Assembly: GCA_043228905.1 (NCBI GenBank)
Contig: JBHGNT010000015.1
Span: 18,910,001-18,974,000 of the forward strand
Direction: 5' to 3'
DNA: 64,000 nt
Origin: Azolla caroliniana
Lineage: Eukaryota > Plantae > Polypodiophyta
Shown piece after piece: positions 9,043-22,500 of this stretch. Each line of letters begins with the position of its first letter. Position 1 is the stretch's first letter. The notes below the pieces were generated by a model. The model saw only the letters and a list, made by a program, of their open reading frames with translations. It had not been told where the DNA came from and made no database searches. The position numbers were made by a program, and so were the translations under genes.

Positions 9043-10054
9043 ACGAGTCGTAGATCTTCTTGATCTTGGAGGTGTAGTCAGCCACCGACATATCTCTCTA
9101 TCGAGCATTGCTTAGCTCCTGTCTGAGTTGTAGCTTTCTGGTTGTGGTACTTGCGGCGAAGATGTTCTTCAGATTTCCCCAAGCATCCTTTGGTGTTTTG
9201 GCATCCTAGATGTAGTTCAATAGTTGGTCACTCACACTAGATGCGAAGCTGTAAAGGCCCTGTAAAGGACTTTGCTTGCCGCCTATTCCCAGGCCAGAAA
9301 ATCTATGTGTGTTGAATCTGATGCTGCATCCTTAGCTCCTTTGACATAACTCTAGTATTCGTGTCTGAGGAGATATTGGTGCATCTTGTACAACCAAGAT
9401 GCATAGTTGCTTTTGTCAAGCTTCTCTATCGGAAGCAACTATGTTCCCGTTGTTTCGAGAGAAAGAATTGTCTTTGTGTTGTCTTTCACTTTTTGGTCGG
9501 CTGCAGAGGATCCTCAACCCTCATGCTCTGATACCATGTAAAAATATGTGTGCGGAAGACATGGAGTACACAATAGATTAACTGGAACTATAATAGTTAG
9601 GTCAGTACAGAATAAAGGTGAAAGAGAGAGACTAAGTGAGAGCAGACAACAGACAATACTATTATAGAATGTTCAATACAAACAATAGTGCTCAAATGCA
9701 CTTTAATCTGGTTGTCATGAAGTACTGGCATGTACTTCAATGCTCTTAAAAGAGCCTCTGACACTAATTGCCTATATTAGGGCTATTTACTAGAATAGAT
9801 CTAATTGGCACGTGTGATGTTCCGGATTGTCTTCTTTGAATTGTTATGTGTCATTTCCATGGATCTCTTTAAATCTACTTGATAAAGACGCTTTGTGATC
9901 TACTAATGTTCTTTGTGATCGACTAATGTGATCCATGAATTTGCTCTTTGACATACTTGAAGGCTTCTTTGACCAGATCATGTTGGACAAGTCAACATGG
10001 TCCATCTAATCTCTAGTCGTAGTTAGTCTCCTCAACTTGGCTACTTATTCAACA
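9043..10054 (-). mobile_element. Decayed Ty1/copia 5' end (element D), host of the nest
   Basis: PBS TGGTATCAGAGC at 9525-9536, LTR about 9537-10054 (TGTA...AACA), copia gag N-terminus KLDKSNYASWLYKMHQYL with stops. Confidence 0.75.
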
Positions 10055-10861
10055 TGCTCAATCTTGTTAACACAATTTTAATTTGTCTTGACATTATTCT
10101 TCTAATGTTGTCTTTATTTGGCATGCTCCAACCTTAAGTTCAAAGTTCCAACTTGCGTTGTTTAAATCAAGGACACTCATAACTCTTTCGTCACTCAATT
10201 TATTTTAATGCTATGTAAGGGATTTAGAATATCATGTAGTTGAATTCAATCTAATGAAAGCCTACCTGTAAACTACAAATGACTAAACATTTGTTCCATC
10301 CCAATGTTGTATCCCCTACTCACATCATTTAATTTCAAAAGATTCATACTTTACATTTTAATTAGGCTAATCTTAAGCTTGTGGGCAAATGTGTGCATAA
10401 GAGGATTGTGGAACAAGTGGCAGGTGGAACTATTTATTGGAAAGAATCTCACATGTGGCATATTTCATCTTGGGTGAAAAGCATGATGACCATGTAAACA
10501 TAATTATTCAGGGAAAAATTGTTGCCACACGAATGAAAATTTAGCGAAATTTGTCACCAAATTAAAAATATATATATTCTGCAAAGTTGTTGCAAAAGCT
10601 AAACTCGCAAGCCAATTTCTTCCAATATAAGCCATAACTAAGGTTGATTTTGTAATCGATAAAAAAGGGCCAATGCCAAGGAGTAGTGGCTACTCATCAT
10701 TGAAGCAAAGAGAGGGGTTGGGAGAGAGAGCAGGTGGTGGATATGCCAACCCCATCAAGGCAATGATTGTTGCAGCTTGCATATCGTTGCTCGAAGGCAA
10801 GGTGCTAAACCTTACACGCACGCATGCACGCACACACACACTCACTCACTCACTCACTCTC

Positions 10862-11642
10862 TTTTTTATTGTTATTACCTTACCTTAGTGGTAAGTCGTT
10901 ATACTACTAGCACTATGTCTTGGGTTTGAAACCCAAATTTCTCATCTCTCTATTACTCCATACATATCCTCTTAATTTACTAGATGCCACTATGGAATGT
11001 AGGGGTTGAACCCATAACATTTCTCTCTCTATCATAATTAGCTTACCCTAGTGGTAAGTCATTTACATTTCTATCATTACATCTTGGGTTTGAAACCCAA
11101 TTTCCTCACCTCTCTATAACAATCGGCAACGGTTCGGTTCATGTTTAGGTTTTTTTTAACAGTTCGGTTCGGTTTCAGTTTGGTTTCAATGGTCAAAAAC
11201 CATGGTTTAATGGTTTTTTATTTTTTTTAAAAATTAATTTGTTTTTAAACCATCTTTTCATTTTTACACCTTATTCTCACATTTTAGGAACATCTTAAAA
11301 GTTTTAAAAATTCTAAATAATGAAATATTATAAATTTAAAAAAAATTAAAATTTTGACCTATGTTGAAAACCGAAACCGAACCACAAAACCGTGGTTTAA
11401 CGGTTTGAAAAATGTTTAAACGGTTCGGTTTAACAGTTTCGTGGTTTGGTTCAGTTTAGTTCAAGTTTCAAAAAAATTAAACGGTTCAGTTTGGACCCTC
11501 TCAAACCGAACCGAACTGTTGCTAATTGTTACCTCTCTATTACTCCAAAGATATCTCTTATTTCACTAGATGCCACTATGGAATGTAGGGGTTGAATCCA
11601 TGACCACCTAGTCTCCATTGGGCAACCTTACCAACGAAGCTA

Positions 11643-11645
<3 letters not shown>
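10862..11645 (-). mobile_element. tRNA-derived SINE-like element with internal duplication, split by a MITE
   Basis: Minus-strand head GTAGCTTCGTTGGTAAG (A box) ... GGATTCAACCCC (B-box-like); an approximately 170-bp unit is duplicated; related copy at 18631-18720. Confidence 0.55.
11117..11531. mobile_element. hAT-type MITE
   Basis: TIRs TAACAATCGGCAACGGTTCGGTTC / GAACCGAACTGTTGCTAATTGTTA; perfect 8-bp TSD CCTCTCTA (11109-11116, 11532-11539); subterminal AACCG repeats. Confidence 0.88.
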
Positions 11646-11683
<38 letters not shown>

Positions 11684-11687
<4 letters not shown>

Positions 11688-14600
11688 GTAATGGATACCC
11701 ACGTGACCTATAAGACTAAACCACGTATTCTACGACTATGCTTTTGGAATTGCAATGGATACCCATGGAAAGCAGGATTTGGAATAGAGGAGTTCACCGA
11801 TGACTCGGATATCACACGCATTGTTGAGACATGGGAGCACAATACTCAAAGGATTCAAGGTTTAAGAAACTATAATGTACACTCTTTGATATGGGAGAAA
11901 ATTCCAAGACAAAGAAGAGGACAATGAGGAGTGGCACGTTTGCTTAAGAAGGAAATAGAGAAATATGTGTCAATCATAAAAAATGACGAGCATAAATGTT
12001 ATATATGGCTCAAAATAGAAACACCTAATGATTTGCCCACTTTTGTAGTTGGATGTTACATTCCTTGTCAAGATTCAAAGATCAATCTTGTTTGGATAAA
12101 AATCAATCTTTCGTTAATCTAGAAGATAATATTGCTTATTTCAAATCCAAATGGGAAGTTATTGTCTTTGGTGACATGAATCTTTCATGCCACATATCTC
12201 AAGGATGTACGAGGATATGCAAATGTATATACTCTCTTCTAGCGATCGAGACCAATTTGGGAAGTTACTCCTACAAATGTGTAATAGTACGGGATTGTGT
12301 GTTGCAAATGGTGTTTCCTTATGGCCCAACACTAATGTTTTTACATGTAGAAAACACAACGGAAATAACGTGATTGACTATGTGCTACTTTCTTAATGTA
12401 TTTTGGATCATATACATAAATTCTCACTTGGTGAATGGACACCAAAATCCGATCATAGGGCTTAAATATGTATTGACTTCAAATGTATGCATAGGTTTGA
12501 TTGTGAGAAGGCCATTGAAGATAATAAATAACCACACTTGAGAATGAACCTTAAGCAAATGCCATGTATTCCAAGATGGTTGAGGAAATGTTACGAATGA
12601 CAAAGATACAACATGGTTCCACACGCTAAATTTTGGGGAAATCTAAAGGGGAAACGTGTTGAGAGTTATGGTGACTTAACTCTTCACGACTTGTCTATGC
12701 ATTGTAAGAATTTATATGAGCTATCTTTTGCCGGAAAGATGATGTGTTGTGGTTCTCTTTCACATATGAACCTCCCTTTTTACACTTGAAGATATATGCA
12801 TAGGACTTAATAAGAAATTGTCCTCTCAAAAGGCAAGCGATCTTCAATGTATAAAGGCTGAAATGCTCAAATGAACGGGAAAGGAAGCACATGTATGGAT
12901 ACGCGATATATTTAATGATGCATTGCAACATAGTATGTCGTATGATTGGACTACAATTTGGATCAAACCTTTACATAAAGGTGGAGATGTAAATAATGTA
13001 AACAACTATCAAACCATCATGGTTAGCTCATTAATGACAAAACTATTTTGATGTATAATGGAATAAAAAACAAGTGCATGGGGTAAAAAAAAAGGTAAGA
13101 GAGCTTATGGACAAGCTGGCTTTCGAAAACACCATAACATCATTGATCACCTTGTCACCCTTCGAGTATTAATGGAGGAAAGTTGCCTTAAAGGTAAATG
13201 TTTATATTGTTGCTTTATAAACTTCAAGAAAGCTTTTCATATGGTGCCTCATGAGCATCGTTGGAGGCGAATGGAAGAACTCGAGGTGGTGAGTGAATAT
13301 ATGCTTGCAATTTCCCGAATATATGAGAAGGTTATATTTTGTGTGCGTATGAGTGATAGACTTTCAAATTTTTTCACTTGCACTATTGGTGTTAAGTAAG
13401 GATGCCCACTCTCACCAACACTATTTGGTCCATGCATTGATGAATTGGAAGAAATGGTTGCCATATATGTGGATGATGTAGTGCTTTTTACAAATACTTT
13501 AGGAGATGCACAAAAGCTTATGAAGGCATTGGAAGTTTTTTGCATGCATACTAATTTAAGCGTCAATTACTCTAAAACAAAGATTATACTTGTGAAGAGC
13601 CAAAAAAAAGATAAATTATGCATTATGTGCAACAATGAGCCACTTGAATGTGTGGAGAGCTTCAAATACCTTGGCCTTAAAGTTCCTTCAAATCATAGAT
13701 GGAATGAATGTGCTACACGCTGCTTAAAGGCGAGTAAGTGAGCATATTATGCATTTGAGAACACATGCAATCATGGAGATATTAAGTGTTAGGTCCTCAA
13801 GAAATATCTTTTTGACACTTTGGTGACATCGGTGCTTCTTTATGGGGTGGAAGTATGGGGCAGTAACATCCTTAAATCTACATGGAAATAGTTTGAAAAT
13901 GTCCAAATACATTTTCTTACAAAGTTTCTACAAGTTAAGAAACAAACGCCCTACACCCTCCTCCTTGAGACGGGATCGCTTCCCATCGAGATCATGGCCA
14001 TGGAAAGTATTGTTGAATACATGCTTAAGGTTCAAAAAAGTCCCTCACATCGACTTCCTACAATTGCATGGGAAGCAAAGAAAAAGATCCAAAAGATGCA
14101 TAAAAGCAAAATTTTGTGTTCCGGGTGGATGCAAGATATGGAAAAGTGGTTTGGTAGATGGGATGCAAGACACTTGCTTCATGATGCATCACTAGATTCC
14201 TTTGTAAACGAGACCTTTTTGCAACCGTGCCAATGTATCATGACATGGGACAAATGTGGAGGCTCACGCTTCACACATTATACTACACATGTTGCACCTA
14301 ACTACAAAACCATATTCTTCACGGAACAAGGAAACTATACACATCGATATATATTAGAACCCATCCCGTTATCTACCATTTGAACCATTGCTTCCATGCG
14401 ACTTAGCTCACATGCATTGCGATGTGAGGTGGGGCATTGGGGCACAAGTGATGAGAGTGGTCTAAACAAGTTCAAGAGTCTAAATATTACACTTTGATAC
14501 AATGTTATGCCTTTGATCATATTCGACCATGCTTTCCACACATCTTCGACCAAGCCCAATCCTTGCACAAACACAACTGCAATGTGCGCTCTTGATTGCA

Positions 14601-14733
14601 ACATTCATTGGTAAAGTTCTTGAACATCGAGAGTCGATTCTCACTGTCACATATCGCACGTGAAATGTAATATTTTTGGTCCCATTGGTTATATTTGACA
14701 TCCAAAGACGATAATAGAATCTATCTATCTATC
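11684..14733 (+). mobile_element. Decayed near-full-length non-LTR retrotransposon (RTE-like: single EN-RT ORF)
   Basis: APE endonuclease LCFWNCNG and VFGDMN; RT motifs QAGFRK, INFKKAF, GVK*GCPLSPTLF, YVDD, FKYLG; many stops and frameshifts; (CTAT)n tail near 14720. Confidence 0.85.
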
Positions 14734-15289
14734 GCCTAAATACCAATGGAGACCTTCTCTCCCTCCCTCCCTCCCTCTCTACTGGGGAACATTACGTTCT
14801 TGACATAGAACATGTAAATACCTAAGTTCCCTCCATATACATCATCTTAAACTATTCTCCCACCAACTTCATGAAGTTTCCCTAATTATCTCTCTCTCTC
14901 TCTCTCTCCCCCCCCCTTTCACATTCGCGCACAAAAATTCACGCATACTTAGAACAAATTTACACTTACATGAACGCGTGTGCGCGCGTGCACACACACA
15001 CACAATGAATGTGCATTCCAATTTGCGCTTGCATGAATTGAAGAGGAGGAAATAAGTTGGGAGCACAATCATGTGACAAAGGGACACAAGGCCTAGTTGT
15101 AACGAATCTACATAGGAAATCACCATCATATCCATCTCCCATGGTTCAGGGCCTCGTAGGTCTCCCCCGTAGCCCCCCCTAACCTTCTGTATCTACCACA
15201 CCCTTCTCGTGGATTCTCACGCTCCGGCCATGCCATGCCCCTCGAGGCGGACGTGAGCAGAGATCGCGTCTTCTTAGACGTATACACAC

Positions 15290-15418
15290 ACAAACACATG
15301 CCTATGGGAGTAGCTCTCTCTGTCTCTATCTCTCACACACATACACACACTCATGCCCGTGAGAGTACCCTCACACACACACACACACACACACACAAAC
15401 TCATGCCTGTGAGAGCAT

Positions 15419-15461
<43 letters not shown>

Positions 15462-15570
15462 CATGCCCATGAGAGTACCCTCACACACACACACACACAC
15501 ACAAACTCATGCTCGTGAGAGTGCCGACACACACACACACACACACACACTCATGCATGTGAGAGTACCC

Positions 15571-15601
<31 letters not shown>

Positions 15602-15610
15602 TGCATGCTC
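15290..15610. repeat. Compound minisatellite: CTCATGCCYGTGAGAGTACCCT plus (CA)n, five to six units of about 45-60 bp
   Basis: Units begin near 15350, 15400, 15460, 15506 and 15550, separated by variable CA tracts. Confidence 0.85.
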
Positions 15611-15808
15611 TGGGTACCATAATGTAGAAGCATAGAATAATGTATGTATGTACTGTGTACATATAGTTAGTTCTTTTAGCTATGTATGTACTAGAATAGA
15701 GAGGAGAAGAGAAGAGGGGCATTTTGGGTAATTAAAGAAAACTCCTCCCCAAAACGAGCGCGGGAAACACACAGAAAGAGACTGAGAGAGTAGTAGTGCG
15801 ACTGAAGC

Positions 15809-15844
<36 letters not shown>

Positions 15845-15953
15845 ACATTTCTTCTGCTCCTCCTGCCTTCCTCCTTCGCTTTCGTACCTTCCATTTCCTC
15901 GTATTTCTCTTCAATCTCAGGCTCTCTCTCTCTCTCTCAGAGGCTCTGCAGGC

Positions 15954-18900
15954 ATGCCTCGCGAGATCATCACGCTTCAGGTGGGACAATGTGGGAACCA
16001 GATCGGTATGGAGTTCTGGAAGCAGCTCTGCTCCGAGCATGGCATCAGTAAAGATGGCATCCTTGAAGACTTCGCGACACAGGTATTTCTCTCATAGCCG
16101 CCCTCCTTCCTTCATTACCTGTAAAACGTTCCCCGTGGAAAATGATCCAGTTTCGTTGATACTTTCCCAACGCATAAATTTCGAATCATCACAGCATTTG
16201 TAATATCACCGCTTCTCTTCTCTTTGACGTGGTTATTATTTGTTTTTCTGCTCATCATTAAACGTTTGTCTTGTTTCTTTTGTTCTTCTTCTGTAAATAT
16301 TGGCTGCTTCTTTCATTTCGCAATGTTTGAATTTATCATTTGGAAAAGGAGGTTTTTTTAGTTTGAAAAAATAGTATAATTTTCATGATATTTTTTACTT
16401 CTAAAAAATCTTCTTTTTTTTTGTTAATTTCTCCACATTCTAAGTTATGCAGTGAGGGCTGGGATGGAAATTAGGTTGCTAAAATTTTCTATAGAAATTC
16501 TTCGAAGCTTCCATCCCCTAGGATTGCATACCTCCCTGAAAGTCAAAATATTGAGGTTTCTAAAACCTGAAGTGGTATCATTTTTCAAACAGTTTATTGT
16601 CTTATTTTCTTTGGAAATTTCATGTTTTTTGATAGCATCCTCACCCTTCCAAAGGATTAAAAAACAAAAAAACAAATGGTATCACTTTCCCAATAATTTT
16701 TCTGTGGAAACATTCTGGTAATTTTAAATCTCTTTATATCCGGTATGAACCCAGAATTCAGGAGAGCTTTCACTAATAAAATTTCATGCCATATGTCCGT
16801 CTGGACATTTTCCATTCTTTCTGCTCTTTGTGTAATGCCTATAGTTTTCACCAATCATATTATTCCTATTAGTTTTTCTCTTTAAGATGAACCGGTTTTG
16901 GTGCAGATGAATCTCATGGAAAAATCTAGTCTGTATAGGAAACATATGATCCCTTTTACACTTGGAATAGGTTAAAAGATGATTCTCCTAACCTTCATTT
17001 TCTAGCTAGGTGTGAAAGTAAGAAGGATTTGATTAAGTGTGTGTTCATGAAGCGTAGCTTCAACGTTTTCAATGCCATGCCATTGATTTTGCGTCTCGAT
17101 ATGGGACAGGGTGGTGACAGAAAAGATGTATTTTTCTATCAAGCTGATGATGAACATTATATACCCAGAGCTCTGCTTTTAGATCTGGAACCCAGGGTCA
17201 TCAATACTATTCAGAATAGTGAATACAGGAATTTATACAACCATGAGAACATATTTGTTGCTGATCATGGAGGTGGTGCGGGAAACAATTGGGCCAGTGG
17301 CTACCACCAGGTTTGGTTCTTTTACACTCTGGAACTCGTGACAATTTTGTGGAAGAAGTTCATGCTTCTATCTTTCTGTAATATTATAGATAAAATATAA
17401 TTTAAAACTGTGTAAATCAGCATTATATCAGTTCATCACTATTGGAAATAGACTACTAACATGAGAAACCTTGACTGATATACAACTGGAAGGAGGCTCC
17501 AATGATTCTGAAAAGAAATTCATGCTTCTTTCCTTTTCTTCTTCTTCTAGAGTAAGTAAATTGAAGAGGATATAATACTATGGGGTCACTTGAACACTAT
17601 AAAAAAGAAGCAACTAACGTGATTTCTTAATCAAGATAGAACTGAAAAGAATCCCCAGTGAACGTAAAAGAAATTGGTGCTTTATCTCTTTCCTTCTTGT
17701 TATTATTGTAGGGAGAGCAAGTTGAAGAGGATATTATGGATATGATTGATAGGGAAGCTGATGGAAGTGACAGCCTTGAGGGATTTGTTCTCTGCCACTC
17801 CATAGCTGGAGGAACAGGGTCGGGTAAGAGGTTCAAAGTGATAATTGCATTTTTTGATATTTTCCAGTAAGCATGTTAAATTTCTTCATATTGATTCAGT
17901 CACTGTTCAACAGGCATGGGATCCTATTTACTTGAAGCTTTAAATGATCGCTACAGTAAAAAGCTTGTGCAGACATATAGTGTATTCCCAAACCAGATGG
18001 AAACCAGTGATGTAGTTGTTCAACCATACAATTCTCTTCTGACATTAAAGAGATTAACATTAAATGCAGATTGTGTGGTTGTGCTGGATAACACTGCATT
18101 GAATAGAATAGCTGTCGATCGTCTTCACATAGCAAATCCAACATTTGCTCAAACTAATTCCTTGGTTTCCACTGTTATGTCAGCAAGCACAACTACACTT
18201 CGTTATCCAGGGTATATGAACAACGATCTGGTGGGATTGGTGGCCTCACTCATACCTACACCTAGATGCCATTTCTTAATGACTGGCTATACACCTTTAA
18301 CTGTGGAGCGCCAGGTTAGTCATTAGTATATTACTGTTGGCAGTTCAGTATTTAATTTCAGCATCAATAATTTATTCATAAATTCACCTTATTTGACATG
18401 ATGTGCTCAATGTAAAATAGTAGTACTACATTCTAGACCATTGTCTGTCGATGAGTCTGAATCCTGTCATATGCATTAATCCATGAGGAAATATCATAGC
18501 AAAGAAATGAAAGATTCAAAATGACATTAGATAATCGTAATGTTTGTACATATTTTTTTTTCTAGAAAGGTTATTCTCCTGCCTAGTTCTTACACATTAA
18601 TATTTAAATCACATAAAAATGACTAAATGAATGTAGCTCAGTTGGTAAGATTGTCTAGTGAAGACCATAAAGCTATGTGCCCAACCCCTCATTCCCCACA
18701 GTCATCATCGAGTAAATTAGGAAGCTTTGAAACATTGCTAACCTCTAAGGTATTTAAAAAGAAAGAAAGAGGATACATTAACGTATTATATTAAAATTAC
18801 ATCTTAAAATCTTGTATTATCTTTGAGAAAAAGCCATTATAAATATAACATTATCAGCACAATATCATCAACACATAGTTAGATGGGTATAACTATCTCT

Positions 18901-19523
18901 GCCAATCATATTCTTGACTCCCAGTTTCTCTATGTAATTCAATACATCATATGTAAAAAGACCAAAGAAAGTGGGTGATAGAGGGCATCCTTGTTTCATT
19001 TCAATTTTGCTAGCAGGGTGTGCATTGATGGCCGTTTCCCATTTTTGACCCAAAAAACTGTTTTATTAAGGTAGAAAATATGAAGACACCATTTGTCAAA
19101 TTTAAAATATGTTAAAACCCTTCACGTAATAAAAACTGTGTGTGAATAATGCAGCATGCCTCTTAAATTATCATGTCCATTTAACAAGACATTATACTTC
19201 CATGAATTACCTTATGTGTTGAGCATGCGGGAAGTGATATTCATTCTCCACTAGGTTTTCATTGCACATCTTGCATATCTTCATACTTGTCATGATGCTT
19301 CTCAACTCCTAACTTGCGCAAGTGAGTTTGAAGAACTGTCAAGGTTCTTCAAAAGCCAACGCTCATGGGGATAGTACGCATGGTGAGAGAGCAGGAGAAC
19401 AAGAGAGAGAAGTAGGGTGCTTTTTTGCTTTATAATTTTATGTAAATACATATAATTAAATGTAGAGAGTGAGAGAGAGGGAAATTAAAGCAAGAGTGTA
19501 ATCGTTTATATATAATTAAGCAT

Positions 19524-19555
<32 letters not shown>

Positions 19556-22500
19556 ATTAAGAAGTTGTGCAAACAACAAGAGAGAATGTTATCTATAGAT
19601 TGGCACATTACTTACTGCTCACAGCAGTTTTCTCATAAAACAAAACCTTTTTAACACTAATTCATATAGTGCATAGATTTCCCCTTGGATGTCTACTGGA
19701 ATTCCTGGGGCCACTAGTCATCTTGCAATGCATGTTTCATTTGCATTTTGTCAGAGGGAGGTTGATTTTTTGCTTCGATTTTTCTTGGCGCAGGCTAATG
19801 CAATAAGGAAAACAACAGTGTTGGACGTGATGAGAAGACTTTTACAAGTATAAGCTATCGAGTTGTGTCTCTTTTTTATTCTCATTTATTTTGATTGGTA
19901 AACTAATGACATCCATGTTCTTTCCAAGGCCAAAAATATCATGGTTTCTTCTTATGCACGTACAAAGGAAGCAAGCCAAGCAAAGTACATTTCTATTCTG
20001 AATATAATACAAGGCGAGGTTGATCCTACACAGGTTTGTTCACTTGTTGTTATTAATATCTAGCATGTTCTACCAGATGTGTAGTGTATATACAACTAAT
20101 ACGTTTTTTCCTTCTCTGTTCTCAAAGGTTCATAAAAGCTTACAAAGAATACGAGAGAGGAAACTAGCTACTTTCATTGAGTGGGGACCAGCCAGTATTC
20201 AGGTGGCGATTTGACAGAATATGTCTTTATTTGACAATGATTTTTTATTTCTCCAAATGCCCCTAAGTTTTTATTGTTTTCCCAAATGCTTCAGTTCCTT
20301 CTGAAACATTTATAATTTCAATTCTTTATCTTTTTCTCTCCTTTGGAGCTGACTGGGTGGTGCATATGGTGAAATGAAGAAACACTTAGTGTTTCAGAGT
20401 TTTCCCATTCTTTATGCTACCGCCTCATCAAAATTCATGATTAAATTCAGCTAGTTGGCTACTTCTATGAGGCTACACACATTCTATGGATGGCATGATT
20501 ATTTTATCCAACAGATTATGACCCTAATTAGGTGCAATGAAGTTTGTATCGGAGTTATTAGCAGTACAAAACTGAATGGTATATGAACAAGAGGGTATTG
20601 CAGATGCTCTTGATATGAGACATGGTCTGATGCAAAAAACATTTATACCTCTGAATCCACAAATAGAAACTGATAAACCTGAAATATGGCAATTGGTAAG
20701 TGTTATCACTATTTGGTTGGAAGGCTAGATGTTTGAAGGTATTCCAAAATGTGAACGAAAGACCTGCCCAGATAATTTCTAGGATTCGGACAGAGATTGT
20801 GCATAATCTTAGAGGTTCTTTGGATAACAGAAAAGGTAAAATGCAATGGGCAGAGTTACAACGATTGAAGTTTCATGCCATATGGGACAAAGGAATAATT
20901 TATTGACGTATTTTTTATAAGGTGGAGGGGTTCTTCTCTACACCGAAGTATTTATTTAAGCCAACAATTAGAACTTAAAACGGGGGTCATTACCTAAATG
21001 TACATATTTCATTTATAGCCTTATGGCGTTTCCTAATACATGTAGTAGATTTTTTGGAAAAAAAAGATTGCATATGCATCTTTTGCCTGTTTGTTTAGGT
21101 GAACTGCCAAACTTCAATTATTATGCAATTTCATGAAATTCTTCTGAGAATTTGTTTGCAAAGATTTAAACTCTCTAGCTGTCTAAAGTTTTGCATGGGT
21201 TTGATTTAGGCTATCTGTATAATATGCGGTTTATTGAATAGATTCATTATGGTGAAGCTTGTTATGGGCTATTTCCACATTCATGTTTTTGTCGAGGCAA
21301 TATTTAGTATGAGTGACCACATCAATGCCTTTTCCTTTCATTGTTTTGGGGTAAGGATATAGTCAAGTGTCTTATGTCTTATCTCACATGTGGGTTTCCC
21401 ACTAGTAATGTTGCAATCTTGCTTAAAAAGCTTTGTTTGCATGTCAGATGCATTGGTTTGCTCTTGGTAGCATGAAGTTTCTTTGGTGTATAGTGATGTT
21501 CCATTTTGCACCTTGCATTATGACCTATTTATAATCATATATTGTTATGTAAATAATGAGATTAAAGATTATGTGCATGATGATTTAAAGATGTGTGGGT
21601 TGATGAAGCATTTCTGGTTTCTCTTATTTGTAGGTTGCACTTTCAAGGAAGTCACCTTACGTTCAGACAGCACATAGGGCAAGTATTTCTGCTCACTTTT
21701 TTTATTGTGCTGCTAACTTAATGGGATTAATGGATGGCCTTAAATTGATAAAAAGTTTCTTATCCTGATTGAACTTGTTTATTGAGTTTATTTTCAGGTC
21801 AGTGGTCTTATGCTGGCAAGCCATACAAGTATTCGACACCTCTTCAGTAAATGTTTAAGTCAATATGAAAAGCTGAGGAAGAAACAAGCTTTTCTTGATA
21901 ATTATAGGAAGTTCCCAATGTTCGCTGTAAGTGCTTAACATCTCATTTTTGAATGGTATACCCAATATGCACTTGTCTATGGCTTATATATGATGTTTCT
22001 CATTTGCCCTTTTGATTTTTCTTAATGTCTTGGTATGCCTGTGTATGGATATATCTTAATGTCTGGAACAATTATGGCTTGTCACTTATTAAATCAGTTC
22101 ATCTTTTAGGGCCCACAATGGGGCATTTCTAGTAAAGAGAATTGAACGGATCATGTGAATACATTAGAGGATGTAATGAGTTTTAAAAAAAAGAAATAAC
22201 TCACTGGTGCTGGTGTGATGGGCTCCCAACCTGTTTTGGAGGCTAGTCAACTTTTCCTGTGAGGAACTATACAGCAATAACTTCTCATATTAAAAGAAAC
22301 CAATTTACAATGTACGGGGGCAAAAGAGGCAAGTGAAGCTAGGTTGAAGAATTAAATTTGAAAATATGGATTTGGATGAGTTGTTTGGAACTGCATGACA
22401 TTACCGTTAAACTCCCATGTGATGTTTTTGATTAATTATGTGTTTAGAGTCTTAAATGCCTATAATCCATGATAGATTTTTCATACAAATGCATAAAATA

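Noticed and set aside
15235-15627. 130-aa His/Thr-rich ORF and CRISPR-like look of the array
   Set aside because: Translation of (CA)n; the spacers are microsatellite, not unique sequence; eukaryotic context and no cas genes.
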